Part shown: positions 1 to 9,628 of the stretch, piece after piece
How the letters are laid out: each line of letters begins with the position of its first letter
How positions within the stretch are numbered: position 1 is the first letter of the stretch
Source: Candidatus Poseidoniaceae archaeon
GTDB taxonomy: Archaea; Thermoplasmatota; Poseidoniia; Poseidoniales; Poseidoniaceae
DNA: 64,000 nucleotides
NCBI GenBank assembly: GCA_965662895.1
Contig: CBFIJH010000009.1
Span: forward strand, 1 to 64,000
Reading direction: 5' to 3'
Program-made: the position numbers and the translations under genes
The notes under the pieces: model-generated
Databases searched by the model: none
What the model was told of the DNA's origin: nothing
Seen by the model: the letters and a program-made list of their open reading frames with translations, nothing else

Positions 1-532
1 CGGATTGGAATCCAGAATCGAGCAGAATACTACCAAGAACAAGAACGGCAAACATAGCTCCGAATCCTTTTGCTACGAACATCAAACCATTTGTTAACGG
101 AATCTCATTCTCAGGCAGGACCTGAACAGCAAGAGCGTCCGTACTCACATCTTGCAATGCAGCGAAGATGTTGTGAATCAGGAAGAACAAACCGAGCATT
201 TGCAAATCTTCTGCTGGATCATCGATCAACAAAAACGCTGCAATGGTGACAACCATGCCCAACTGAGAAATGAGAACCCAGGGTCGTCGCTTACCCATCG
301 AACGAAATTGAACCCGATCGATAAGTGGCCCGAGCACCAATTTTCCAATGATCCATGGCAGCATTCCCATTGATACGAGAAGGAGTTTTTCGTCATCGGT
401 CATCGCACTTTCGTCAACGAGGAACGTTACAAGTGCAGTTGCTATGAAGAACCAAGGGACCCCTTGAGAGAAATAGAGCGTACAGAGTGTCCCGATTCTG
501 GCGGTCCTGCTCTCCTGCATGTTGATTGTCAT
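1..532 (-). CDS. AmpG-like MFS transporter (5' part; runs off window start)
   Basis: Not in ORF track. Read manually from ATG at 532: MTINMQESRTARIGTLCTLYFSQGVPWFF...GPLIDR...GKRRPW...FAALQDVSTDALAV. LYFxQGxP, RRPW and QDxxxDA are AmpG/MFS motifs. Confidence 0.8.
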   Translation of the reverse strand, partial: MTINMQESRTARIGTLCTLYFSQGVPWFFIATALVTFLVDESAMTDDEKLLLVSMGMLPWIIGKLVLGPLIDRVQFRSMGKRRPWVLISQLGMVVTIAAFLLIDDPAEDLQMLGLFFLIHNIFAALQDVSTDALAVQVLPENEIPLTNGLMFVAKGFGAMFAVLVLGSILLDSGFQS

Positions 533-622
533 AGATTTCCTTCATGGAAACAAAATAAAAGAGTTACCCCGCTTGAAACTGGAAAAGTTCGTTCTTTTGC
601 TGTTGAGCGGGGAGTCAGTAAA

Positions 623-1114
623 CTATGCTTCATCGATTGGGTTGTATCGATCGAGCAACCAGAACAATCCTGCCCATACACCGTCTGTTGGTTGTTCGTG
701 CTTGTTGATGTTGACCATCATGAAAATCTGAATCACACGTCGCCAGCGACTGGCAAACATACTGAAGTAAACGCCACAAAAATCATCGACCAAATCCATG
801 GAAAGGTGGCCATTCTTTGCAAGAACCCCGATGTTGTTCATACCGATCATCAACGCATTCATGGCATCCTTTTCTTCACGAGTAAGTGCTGCTAACTCTT
901 GTGGCGTGAGTTCATCATGGAGTTTGACGGTGCTGATTGAAAAACCACGATGAACCAATGGATTGTTCATGTGTGCAGCGAGGTCACGACCAATCTCATA
1001 CCGTCGATTTTCGTTCCAGTGCTTCATTTGACGAAGACTGAACAAGAGCGTGAACAAAATGGCAATACCGCTAACGGCTTCACCAATGTTTGCCGCAGTT
1101 TCAATGTCCATCAA
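623..1114 (-). CDS. hypothetical protein with N-terminal membrane anchor
   Basis: 163-aa ORF. N-terminal hydrophobic helix AVSGIAILFTLLFSLRQ followed by a helical soluble domain. Confidence 0.65.
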   Translation of the reverse strand: MMDIETAANIGEAVSGIAILFTLLFSLRQMKHWNENRRYEIGRDLAAHMNNPLVHRGFSISTVKLHDELTPQELAALTREEKDAMNALMIGMNNIGVLAKNGHLSMDLVDDFCGVYFSMFASRWRRVIQIFMMVNINKHEQPTDGVWAGLFWLLDRYNPIDEA

Positions 1115-1162
1115 TATCGCCGATTGTTTCTGTCTTCTTGTAGATTATGCCTTCACTTGAAT

Positions 1163-1333
1163 TCATTCCATTAAGAGAAAATACAGCCCCCAACCAATGA
1201 AGAAGAGAGGCACGAAAACATATCGAACAAAGGAAATACGTTTGGTAACCTTGTCCACTTTGTTTCCCATTTTTTCAAGTGGTTCTTCACCTAAAGCTGC
1301 GATTGCGAGTTCGCCCAAGACTTCGCCTGCCAT
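1163..1333 (-). CDS. small membrane protein
   Basis: MAGEVLGELAIAALGEEPL...YVFVPLFFIGWGLYFLLME. Single C-terminal TM; fills the gap between co-oriented genes. Confidence 0.55.
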   Translation of the reverse strand: MAGEVLGELAIAALGEEPLEKMGNKVDKVTKRISFVRYVFVPLFFIGWGLYFLLME

Positions 1334-1387
1334 ATGGTCAAATCCCAATACCGGCTATTTAGAAATTGGGCCGAACAGGAGCCAAAT

Positions 1388-3145
1388 TCAGTCGCAGCAG
1401 GACTTTGCAAGTGCATCCTGTGCACAGAAGCAGGTTTTTGCTGGAACGATGTCTGCTCGAGAACTACGCTCATTGAACAAAGCAGTTACTTCTGCAAGTT
1501 CTTCAGGAGCGTCACCACGGGCTTCGAGACAAAGCTTCAGTCCAAGGAGACCCCACATGTTGTCCTTCCAGAGTTTGATATCTGCTCGATATACTTCTTC
1601 CGCTTCTTCGATATGACCCTGCTCAAAGAGCAATGCACCGAGAATGTGACGAACAGGTTGCATTTGACCCCATGGCTCGTTGTAAGCAAGGTTGAGTGAG
1701 AGATCAACACCACGTCGCAATTCATCAAAGGCTGCAGTAAAGTCGTAATCCTCGCCGTTGGCCTTGGCGAGGAATTGGCGACGGTACTCGATTTCAGCCT
1801 CAAGAATGGCAGCATTGACGTTGAGGATTGAAGGGCCTTCTGCTGGATTTTGATACATGAAATTGTTGTGCATCATTCGACCGGCGAGAGCAGGGTTTTG
1901 CAAGGCTTCCTTGAACAGAACTTGTTCTTTTTCAGCCTCAGGAACCATGCCCTTGGAAGCGTATGCAACGCCACGTGCGTAGTGTTGTGTAGCGATGGTC
2001 GCTGGGAAGACATCTTTGTCCGTGTACATTGGTTCGGCGAGAATTTCATCCCACTTTCCAAAGCGAATCATAACGTGCCATGGCATGGTCACATAGGATT
2101 CCAAGAAGATGGCGCCCATTGGGATGATTCCGGCGAGCATGAACTGAACGCCGCCGTTCTCGTCTCCTGCGGGCAGTGTTGCAACAGCCTTGCGAGCGTA
2201 CTTGAGAGCGGTTTGGTATTGACCATCGAACATCGCACACCAGACAACGAAGTGATGGTTGTGCATTCGGTAGAATTTGTAAAACTGCGATTCATTGCCC
2301 GTTAATTCAACGTAGCGATCGTCAGCCTCAACTGCAGCAATGTTGCACTCAATGGCTTCCTTCCATTGGCCAACCCAAGCGTCGATGTGTGAAGGCATGT
2401 GAACCAAGTGACCAAGACCTGGCATTCGAGTACGGAGAACATCGGCTGCAGGAAGTGCTCGCTCTGGGAACGGTGATAGTTCCAAAGCGTGGCAGTACAA
2501 GTGGCAGAGTGCAGGATGGACCTTTGCTTCCTCACTGCTTTCAAATGCATCTTCCATAATCTGAACCAGAAGGAGTGTGTTGTCATCAGCTGGCGTGATT
2601 TCACCAGTTGCTGTATTCTTGTCCCAGAGTTGCCAAGCCTTGAGATTCATCAGAGCCTCAACGTAAATTGCAGTAACATCGAGGTTGCCTTTGTACTTCT
2701 CGTAGAGGGGTGCCATTGCTTCGGCAAATGCAACGTTCAGTTCTGGGTCATTGCCCATGTTGAGTACAGATGGGTCTGCTGCATCTCGAGCTTCCTCGGA
2801 GTGACGGGTTGAAAGTGCACGAATGAGATCTTGCTCAAGTTCTGTGCAGTGGTCCATCACTTTGAGGGCTTGCTGAATTGGGTCGTAACCTGAACCAAGT
2901 CCTGGTGACCAGTTGTAGTTTGACGAAACACAGTAGGCAATGCCCCACCATGCCATGGCGCAGTTTGGATCGAGTTCTGTACATGCCATAAAACAGGCAA
3001 TGGCTTGTTCGTGATTGTAGTTGAGCATGTGTCCATAAGCTTCAACAAACATTTTCTTTGCTTCATCGTTGGCTGCAGTGATAGATTCTGCAAAGCTGTA
3101 ATTCGATGGTTTTCCAAAATCATAATCTGTAGGTGCGTACGACAT
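1388..3145 (-). CDS. TPR-containing protein with His clusters
   Basis: 585 aa. TPR-like helices (HEQAIACFMACTELDPNCAMAWWGIAY; LGALLFEQGHIEEAEEVYRAD) and His motifs HLYCHALE, GHLVHMPSH, HNHHF. GGAGG SD upstream. Confidence 0.8.
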   Translation of the reverse strand: MSYAPTDYDFGKPSNYSFAESITAANDEAKKMFVEAYGHMLNYNHEQAIACFMACTELDPNCAMAWWGIAYCVSSNYNWSPGLGSGYDPIQQALKVMDHCTELEQDLIRALSTRHSEEARDAADPSVLNMGNDPELNVAFAEAMAPLYEKYKGNLDVTAIYVEALMNLKAWQLWDKNTATGEITPADDNTLLLVQIMEDAFESSEEAKVHPALCHLYCHALELSPFPERALPAADVLRTRMPGLGHLVHMPSHIDAWVGQWKEAIECNIAAVEADDRYVELTGNESQFYKFYRMHNHHFVVWCAMFDGQYQTALKYARKAVATLPAGDENGGVQFMLAGIIPMGAIFLESYVTMPWHVMIRFGKWDEILAEPMYTDKDVFPATIATQHYARGVAYASKGMVPEAEKEQVLFKEALQNPALAGRMMHNNFMYQNPAEGPSILNVNAAILEAEIEYRRQFLAKANGEDYDFTAAFDELRRGVDLSLNLAYNEPWGQMQPVRHILGALLFEQGHIEEAEEVYRADIKLWKDNMWGLLGLKLCLEARGDAPEELAEVTALFNERSSRADIVPAKTCFCAQDALAKSCCD

Positions 3146-3456
3146 GAATAATCCTCCAAGTTCTGATACTTAAACAAAATCAAAAAATAAGATATAGAAT
3201 AAGGCAACAATGCCTATTCCGTGTTGTGAATCTAGAAATTTTTGGGTAATTGTTCAGAATTCAGAGTTCATCAATAATCCTGATTTGATACCGAATGTTA
3301 TCATTACGGTTTGTCCCTGATGGCGACTCAGGTCATTTGGTTGAATGCACACTTGAAGCAACAATTGAACCTACCTTGTTTTAGGGGAGGAGCATGACAG
3401 GATGAATCCTAAGAGTGCGCATTGTTGCAATTTATGGCTCTAAAGGGGAACAATAC

Positions 3457-4806
3457 ATGGACGATTTTCAATCCTTAGGCCTATCAGGAGAACTGCTTCT
3501 CGCTATCGAACAAGAAGGGTACACAACACCAACACCAGTTCAAGCACAATCAATACCTCCACTTCTCAATGGAAGAGACGTTCTTGGAGTTGCTCAAACT
3601 GGAACGGGGAAAACAGCTGCATTTGCTCTTCCAGTATTGCAAGTCATGAGTCGACCGAAACCACAAGGAAAACGCCACATTCGAGCGCTTGTCTTGTCAC
3701 CAACTCGAGAACTCGCTGCACAAATTGACGAACGTTTTTCAGCCTACAGTGAACACATGAATATCCGACACAAGGTGATTTTCGGTGGTGTGAATCAAAA
3801 CCCTCAAGTCAGAGCCCTGCAGAAAGGCATCGATGTGTTGGTCGCCACTCCTGGCCGATTACTGGATTTAATCGGGCAAGGGCACATCGATTTGGGGAGA
3901 GTTGAATTTTTTGTCCTCGATGAAGCAGACCAAATGTTGGACATGGGCTTTATTCGGGACATCAAAAAGGTCCTGAATCTTCTACCAAAACAACGCCAAA
4001 ATTTGTTGTTTAGTGCGACGATGCCGAAATCAATCGCCGACCTAGCATCCTCATTCCTGCATAATGCTGTCATGGTTGATGTGAGCCCAGAAGAAATCAC
4101 AGTTGATCGAATCGCTCAGAAAATTCTGTTCGTCAGAAAAGCGGACAAACGACGACTCCTTGTTCAAATTATCAAACAGGAACGCGTCAGTAAAGGCATC
4201 GTATTCACAAGAACAAAACATGGAGCAAACCGCTTGGTCAAACAACTGGCTCAGAGTGGAATTAACGCAGCAGCCATTCACGGAAACAAGAGTCAAAGTG
4301 CGAGAACGAAGGCACTTGCGAGTTTCAAAAGCGGGGAAATCAAGATTCTCGTGGCAACCGATATCGCAAGTCGAGGTATCGATGTCAACGATATTACACA
4401 CGTGTTCAATTACGATTTACCGAATGAGCCCGAGAGTTATGTTCACCGTATTGGCAGGACTGCAAGGGCTGGAAAATCAGGTATTGCATACGGCTTCTGT
4501 GATGATACCGAGTCTGGCTATCTCGTGGGGATTCAACAACTGATTGGTTTTGAGATCGATGTTGATGAATCCCACGATTTCCATTTTATTGGTGCCGTTC
4601 CAAAACCTGGACAAAAACCTGGTAAGATAAAAACAGGAAAATCGGGTACAAAGCCTCGAAGTTCAAACCGTAACAAGAAACGAAATTCTCAGCACAAGAG
4701 CAAGCCAAAATCATCCAATCAGAACTTCAGCAGTAAGAACACTCATCGAGAGCGATCACCACGAAGGCGACGCAATAGAAACCGTTCTCGACACAATCAG
4801 AAGTGA
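3457..4806 (+). CDS. DEAD-box RNA helicase, RhlE-like
   Basis: Q motif, AQTGTGKT, PTRELA, TPGRLLD, DEAD, SAT, ASRGID, HRIGRTAR and a basic C-terminal tail. Likely start ATG 3457. Confidence 0.95.
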   Translation: MDDFQSLGLSGELLLAIEQEGYTTPTPVQAQSIPPLLNGRDVLGVAQTGTGKTAAFALPVLQVMSRPKPQGKRHIRALVLSPTRELAAQIDERFSAYSEHMNIRHKVIFGGVNQNPQVRALQKGIDVLVATPGRLLDLIGQGHIDLGRVEFFVLDEADQMLDMGFIRDIKKVLNLLPKQRQNLLFSATMPKSIADLASSFLHNAVMVDVSPEEITVDRIAQKILFVRKADKRRLLVQIIKQERVSKGIVFTRTKHGANRLVKQLAQSGINAAAIHGNKSQSARTKALASFKSGEIKILVATDIASRGIDVNDITHVFNYDLPNEPESYVHRIGRTARAGKSGIAYGFCDDTESGYLVGIQQLIGFEIDVDESHDFHFIGAVPKPGQKPGKIKTGKSGTKPRSSNRNKKRNSQHKSKPKSSNQNFSSKNTHRERSPRRRRNRNRSRHNQK

Positions 4807-4939
4807 AGGATGCATTACGCAGACGCCAAAGCTTAGGCCCCTTCTTGGGACTGAGTTGGCCTGTTCAAAACCACATTCGCCGGTGGAAAAAAGTAGAATA
4901 TGATTTTATACGGAATGCCCAGAGGTAACAGCGAAAGCA

Positions 4940-6253
4940 ATGGCTGCGGACTTCCAATCCTTAAGCGCCATATCTGGGATGGTCAACACCATTCTGGGCA
5001 TCATTACCTTGATGCTTGCTTACCGAACCAAAAGCAACACCTGGAGCGAACTCTTAGCGGCAAAGTTGCTTGGGTGTTTTCTGTTGTTCCATGGTATACT
5101 GATGACAGGGGCCTACATTTCTGGGTTCTTTACGATAGGATCGTTTGCACACTCATTTTTTGGTTCGCTGATTGACATTGCCCACACCATCTCCATCGGT
5201 ATGGCATGCTCGGCGTCCTTATTTTTCCCCTATCCGTTGGTTCAACGTGAACGCGCAGAACAAGCGATTGCCTTGATGGTGATGGCATGGACGTTCATTG
5301 TGACGAGCCTGATTATCTTCATCCCTTACGAAACGCACGTCATTCGTTATGCGTTTTGGACGATACCAACCGTTGTTTGGGGATTTGTTTACGTTCGATT
5401 CTCGGTCAAAGAGATGGTGCACAAGAACGAACATGCTCGAGGTTTATCGGCAGCGAGCGGGTTGTTGATTCTCGCTACGATGGCGTGGTTGTTTTCTGAC
5501 TGGCTTCTGTGGATTACTGTCATGGAGAAATTCACGATACCAGGATGGGTTAGCGGCATTCCTCCAGATAAAAATCCCATGATGTTCTTCGTTCGCCAGT
5601 CCCTTATCATGGGCGTGAGTGTTGCCGCACTTCTAACGATGTTCGCCTTCGAAGGATGGCGTGTTGCACGGCATGGATTTAGCGTGTTGAGTGGCATTGT
5701 ATTCGGATTTTTCTTTATCGGAATCATCAGTTTCATTGTTGATCTGAGCGTGGTTGATGTCCTCGAAAATTGCATTTATGGAACGTGCGAAGCTTTGCCT
5801 GAGTCTTGGACCATTTACAACACCTTCACCAACATTTTGACCGCTTTCCTCATCCAGCCCATCGTCCTCATGTACTTGATGTTGAATTTCAACCTGCTTG
5901 ACGTGAAGACAGGAAAGAATGGCCGCTATGCGAAAGCCATGGTTTTGGTTTTGGTCGTCATCGTTTCGTCCACCATTATCGAAATGCTGCAATCGATCAT
6001 TCCGATTGGTGAATTGCTCACTTCAGCGTTTCTTGCCATTGGTATTGCTGCAGCCATCGGTTGGGAAAATCGAATTATGGACCAATTTCTCAAAAACAAG
6101 AACAGAACCGTTGATTATCTCAAGACAATCGGTGAAATTCGACCGGTAGAGCCTGTAACTGGAGCAACACCGTCGTTGAATTTCAGTCTGATTGTATTGT
6201 TCGTGTTCGCACTATTGATTTCGGTCTTGCATGGCGCCATCGGCTTGGGGTGA
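4940..6253 (+). CDS. polytopic membrane protein, unknown function
   Basis: 437 aa with roughly 11-12 hydrophobic segments; GAGGT SD-like sequence upstream. Confidence 0.75.
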   Translation: MAADFQSLSAISGMVNTILGIITLMLAYRTKSNTWSELLAAKLLGCFLLFHGILMTGAYISGFFTIGSFAHSFFGSLIDIAHTISIGMACSASLFFPYPLVQRERAEQAIALMVMAWTFIVTSLIIFIPYETHVIRYAFWTIPTVVWGFVYVRFSVKEMVHKNEHARGLSAASGLLILATMAWLFSDWLLWITVMEKFTIPGWVSGIPPDKNPMMFFVRQSLIMGVSVAALLTMFAFEGWRVARHGFSVLSGIVFGFFFIGIISFIVDLSVVDVLENCIYGTCEALPESWTIYNTFTNILTAFLIQPIVLMYLMLNFNLLDVKTGKNGRYAKAMVLVLVVIVSSTIIEMLQSIIPIGELLTSAFLAIGIAAAIGWENRIMDQFLKNKNRTVDYLKTIGEIRPVEPVTGATPSLNFSLIVLFVFALLISVLHGAIGLG

Positions 6254-6257
6254 TTCA

Positions 6258-6968
6258 GTGACAAATGAAGGTGAAGCACACGAAGAAGGAAACCAAATCT
6301 TGGTCTTCTTGCGAGATCATGAAACCCGTTCTGCCCTGGCAATCTACGCAATTGTGCTGATTCTCGTCACAGCAAAAATTTTCTATTCACTCGCACTTAA
6401 AGACGCCTATCTTCACGACGAGGTACGGTTTGAGGACAACTGGCGTCTTTCGTTTGATGAAGAAACCGAAACGCTCAGTGAAACGGTCTTGCTTGCAGAT
6501 GGCGGCGAGGAGGACGTTGAATTCACCATCGACTTGAGTTCTTTTTCCGAAGGTTATCGTATTGGTTTCATCGAGATCAAGGTCTCCTATTCTGAAACCA
6601 ATCAAGCGATTGTGGACGACCCTTGCGATTCAGTACAGGCCAGCATCACACAAACATCCTACCCAGCGCAGTGGACCGACGAGAACAATACGCTCAACGG
6701 TGGTTCAACATCCTGCAGCGACATCGACCTCATGCTCCAAGTTTATCCTGGCTACAACGGCCAGGCGTATGAGCGCATGGCCCACAACGCTGTCGTCGCC
6801 GTGGACGAATGGATTGAGGATGGCAACGGTATCGGCGATTTGAGCGTCAATGTGCAAGTGGATGTTCAGCGTTCACAGGTACCAACTCAGGACGACGACG
6901 ACAACGAGACTGTTCAAATCGACGTCACAATTGTCGCCTTCAAAGCCAACGCAGAGAAATTGGATTAA
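6258..6968 (+). CDS. membrane-anchored acidic beta-rich protein
   Basis: One N-terminal TM, then an acidic extracellular-type domain with a Cys pair. Probable GTG start 6258, just after the upstream stop. Confidence 0.7.
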   Translation: MTNEGEAHEEGNQILVFLRDHETRSALAIYAIVLILVTAKIFYSLALKDAYLHDEVRFEDNWRLSFDEETETLSETVLLADGGEEDVEFTIDLSSFSEGYRIGFIEIKVSYSETNQAIVDDPCDSVQASITQTSYPAQWTDENNTLNGGSTSCSDIDLMLQVYPGYNGQAYERMAHNAVVAVDEWIEDGNGIGDLSVNVQVDVQRSQVPTQDDDDNETVQIDVTIVAFKANAEKLD

Positions 6969-7004
6969 CCATCCACTGAGAGTGTGTTCGTGAGGTGAAA
7001 GACG

Positions 7005-7949
7005 GTGCCGAAATCCAATCGATTGGCGTTTGTCATTGTCACATCGCTGATGATGGTTACACTTTCTGGTTGTTTATCACAACAAACTGAGAGCATGAAA
7101 GAACCTACGACGATGCCTCCTGAAGATGAAGAACAACCCATCCTCACGACGCATTGTGCTGAGTTTGCCGATGTCGAACGATGTTGGATGCTTCTGGTCC
7201 CAGAAAACCTTCCAGTAGGTGAGGCAGTACCGATGGTGCTCGACCTCCACGGCGGTGGAGGAAGCAACAGCCTTCAATACAACATGTCTGGATTCGCTGA
7301 ATTGGCAGAATCGGAGGGCTTTATCGTCGCTTACCCACAAGCTTACGGTGAAAGGTATTGGAACATCGACATCGATGGCCTTCGAAATGAGTACAATGAC
7401 ATTGGATTTATGCGAATGATCATCAATACCACAAGTGAACAACACATGATTGATTCACATCGCATCCATATGACAGGTTGGTCCAATGGTTGCATGATGA
7501 CACAACGTTTCGCAGTGGAGACGCAAGGTGTTCTAGCATCCTCAGGTTGTATGTCGGGTTACTTGATGAAAGAGGCTCCATCTACTTACACGTCTCCGAT
7601 TCCGTTCATGGAGGTTCACGGTATGCTCGACCCTATGGTGCAATATGTGGACAATACAGCGATTACGACCATTGCCATTGGGAATCCAGGGGCTGGTTTC
7701 AACAGAGGTGCCGTTCAAAACATGGAATACTGGGCAGATTTGAATGGATGCAGCGGTGCAGTTCACGAGCTTTTGGATGTTGGCGAGAACTACGACATTC
7801 GTGGTTATTCAGAATGTGAATCGGGTGCTGAAGTACGATTGATGAGCCTTCACCTTGCAGCGCACAACGCCTACGAAGGGGGAACACCCAACAACGTACC
7901 GACGACCGATATGTTGTGGGACTTTATGAGCCAATTCTCAATGAAGTGA
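7005..7949 (+). CDS. secreted/lipoprotein esterase, PHB-depolymerase/LpqC-like alpha/beta hydrolase
   Basis: Lipobox-like LSGC, LHGGG, VAYPQA, nucleophile GWSNG, HGMLD. GAGGTGA SD upstream. Confidence 0.85.
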   Translation: MPKSNRLAFVIVTSLMMVTLSGCLSQQTESMKEPTTMPPEDEEQPILTTHCAEFADVERCWMLLVPENLPVGEAVPMVLDLHGGGGSNSLQYNMSGFAELAESEGFIVAYPQAYGERYWNIDIDGLRNEYNDIGFMRMIINTTSEQHMIDSHRIHMTGWSNGCMMTQRFAVETQGVLASSGCMSGYLMKEAPSTYTSPIPFMEVHGMLDPMVQYVDNTAITTIAIGNPGAGFNRGAVQNMEYWADLNGCSGAVHELLDVGENYDIRGYSECESGAEVRLMSLHLAAHNAYEGGTPNNVPTTDMLWDFMSQFSMK

Positions 7950-7955
7950 CAACGC

Positions 7956-8960
7956 TCAACCTAGCATATTTACCGCAAAATACAGCGCACATATTACAAT
8001 GGTTACAACAGGGAACATTGCATCAAAGTCACTTGCATCAGCAGGCTCTCCACTGATGGTCATGTCGTCTTCAATCCCTTCAGGACGGAGACGGAAGTAC
8101 ACCAAAAGGAAGACCAGCATGGTCATCGGACCTGCCAAAGCATCCATCTGGTTTTGATCTGTAAACTCGCGAATTGGACCGAAAACGAAGGCAAAGTAGT
8201 TCGCAATCGTAATGACGAGGAAAGCGAACAATGGGGGGTGAGCTACCGGCCACATGCCCTTCGCACCCTTCACGAGAAGGACGGATGCCCACAACACGTA
8301 GGTCAACAACAGTGCCCCTGAAAAGGCAACTGTGACTTTCGAAGGCGCACCAAGTCCATCTTCAAGTGCACCAGCATTGACTGCATCGACCACAGATTCT
8401 GGATTGATGATTTGACGAACGACATAGAACAAACCTGTTGCAATAACAAACAAAAGTCCGATAATTGCGACAGGGTCTTTGACTCCAAGACCAAACTTGA
8501 AATCGCTTAACCCGTCATTGACTTCATCCTCTCCCATCAACAGGTAGTAGGCTGCACCGTATACGAGCGTGATGATTGGAGTGATGAACTTCGGGGCTTC
8601 ACTCGATCCATTGTCTTCCCACATGGTCCATAGGACGATGGTACCGACGACAAAACCAACCAAAACCGGGAGCATGATTGTCCATTTACCCTTCGCACCT
8701 TCATTGAGAATAAGTAAGGTTGACATCAGCACTCCGAACATAAGTATACCATTGAATGCAAATTCCGGAGCACCCCTACCCCAAGCGCCATCACTGGATG
8801 TCGTGTTGTTGCTGAGAAGTGTGAAACATCCTTCACCTCCAGTTACATAACAATCAGCAGCGAACATGAAGTTCAGAGAGTAGATCATTGTCACAAGGGC
8901 GGTCAGTATCAGTAGTGCTTCTGCAGGAGCAGATTTTATTCGGCTAAATATCATAGACAT
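7956..8960 (-). CDS. membrane protein with internal duplication
   Basis: 334 aa, about 10 TM. The two halves share AF.G.L...GAKG.W...P. Confidence 0.7.
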   Translation of the reverse strand: MSMIFSRIKSAPAEALLILTALVTMIYSLNFMFAADCYVTGGEGCFTLLSNNTTSSDGAWGRGAPEFAFNGILMFGVLMSTLLILNEGAKGKWTIMLPVLVGFVVGTIVLWTMWEDNGSSEAPKFITPIITLVYGAAYYLLMGEDEVNDGLSDFKFGLGVKDPVAIIGLLFVIATGLFYVVRQIINPESVVDAVNAGALEDGLGAPSKVTVAFSGALLLTYVLWASVLLVKGAKGMWPVAHPPLFAFLVITIANYFAFVFGPIREFTDQNQMDALAGPMTMLVFLLVYFRLRPEGIEDDMTISGEPADASDFDAMFPVVTIVICALYFAVNMLG

Positions 8961-9102
8961 TAAACAATTAGTCGTTTTGTTAGTCTATAGTAATTTAGAA
9001 CATATATCCTTTAGAAAAATGATTTCTTTACTTTGCGAACATGGACCAATGAATAGATATCGGTAACGAGGGTTAGTAAACGAGCAATCGGTGCAGTAAG
9101 TT

Positions 9103-9486
9103 ATGGAAGAAAAGGAGGAATTCCGATCAACAGTTGTCCCCAAATCGGACGAAGCATTAGCACCTATCACCTTTCATCACTCAAGCGAAAAGTACCGGAA
9201 AGTGGCTCCAGTAGCGGCTGTCGTAGTGGCCGTAAGCGGATTTCTCTTGAGCATGGTCGGTGATGGAGAACCAAACTACGATATTATGACGGCTGGAGCC
9301 TTGGGTTGTTGTTCATTGTTGAATGTGGCCTTCATCTCACAAGCCATCTACCAACAAAAATTGATCCAACACCATGCAATTTACGGCGGGGAAAAGAAAG
9401 GTTCGACATTAGGGTATGTCACGGCCGTTCTGTTGGCTCTGTTTGGCATGACGATTCTTCTGGGGAACCTCTTCACGAATTTTTGA
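9103..9486 (+). CDS. small membrane protein (3 TM)
   Basis: 127-aa ORF with three hydrophobic segments. Confidence 0.65.
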   Translation: MEEKEEFRSTVVPKSDEALAPITFHHSSEKYRKVAPVAAVVVAVSGFLLSMVGDGEPNYDIMTAGALGCCSLLNVAFISQAIYQQKLIQHHAIYGGEKKGSTLGYVTAVLLALFGMTILLGNLFTNF

Positions 9487-9502
9487 AGGGTTATCCAAAG
9501 TA

Positions 9503-9578
9503 TGGTGGACGCTGGGGGATTTGAACCCCCGGCCTTCTGGTTGCAAACCAGACGCTCTTCCAACTGAGCTAAGCGCCC
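9503..9578 (-). tRNA. tRNA-Ala(UGC)
   Basis: Reverse complement GGGCGCTTAGCTCAGTTGGAAGAGCGTCTGGTTTGCAACCAGAAGGCCGGGGGTTCAAATCCCCCAGCGTCCACCA. Anticodon TGC, G3:U70 Ala determinant, encoded CCA. Confidence 0.97.
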
Positions 9579-9628
9579 CTACAGCCGTCCGTGTGGCCAC
9601 TTCCTTTTGAGTGTTTCATTGTGGATAC

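Noticed and set aside
9381-9600. Short ORFs (60-72 aa) around 9.3-9.6 kb
   Set aside because: They overlap tRNA-Ala and are shadow translations.
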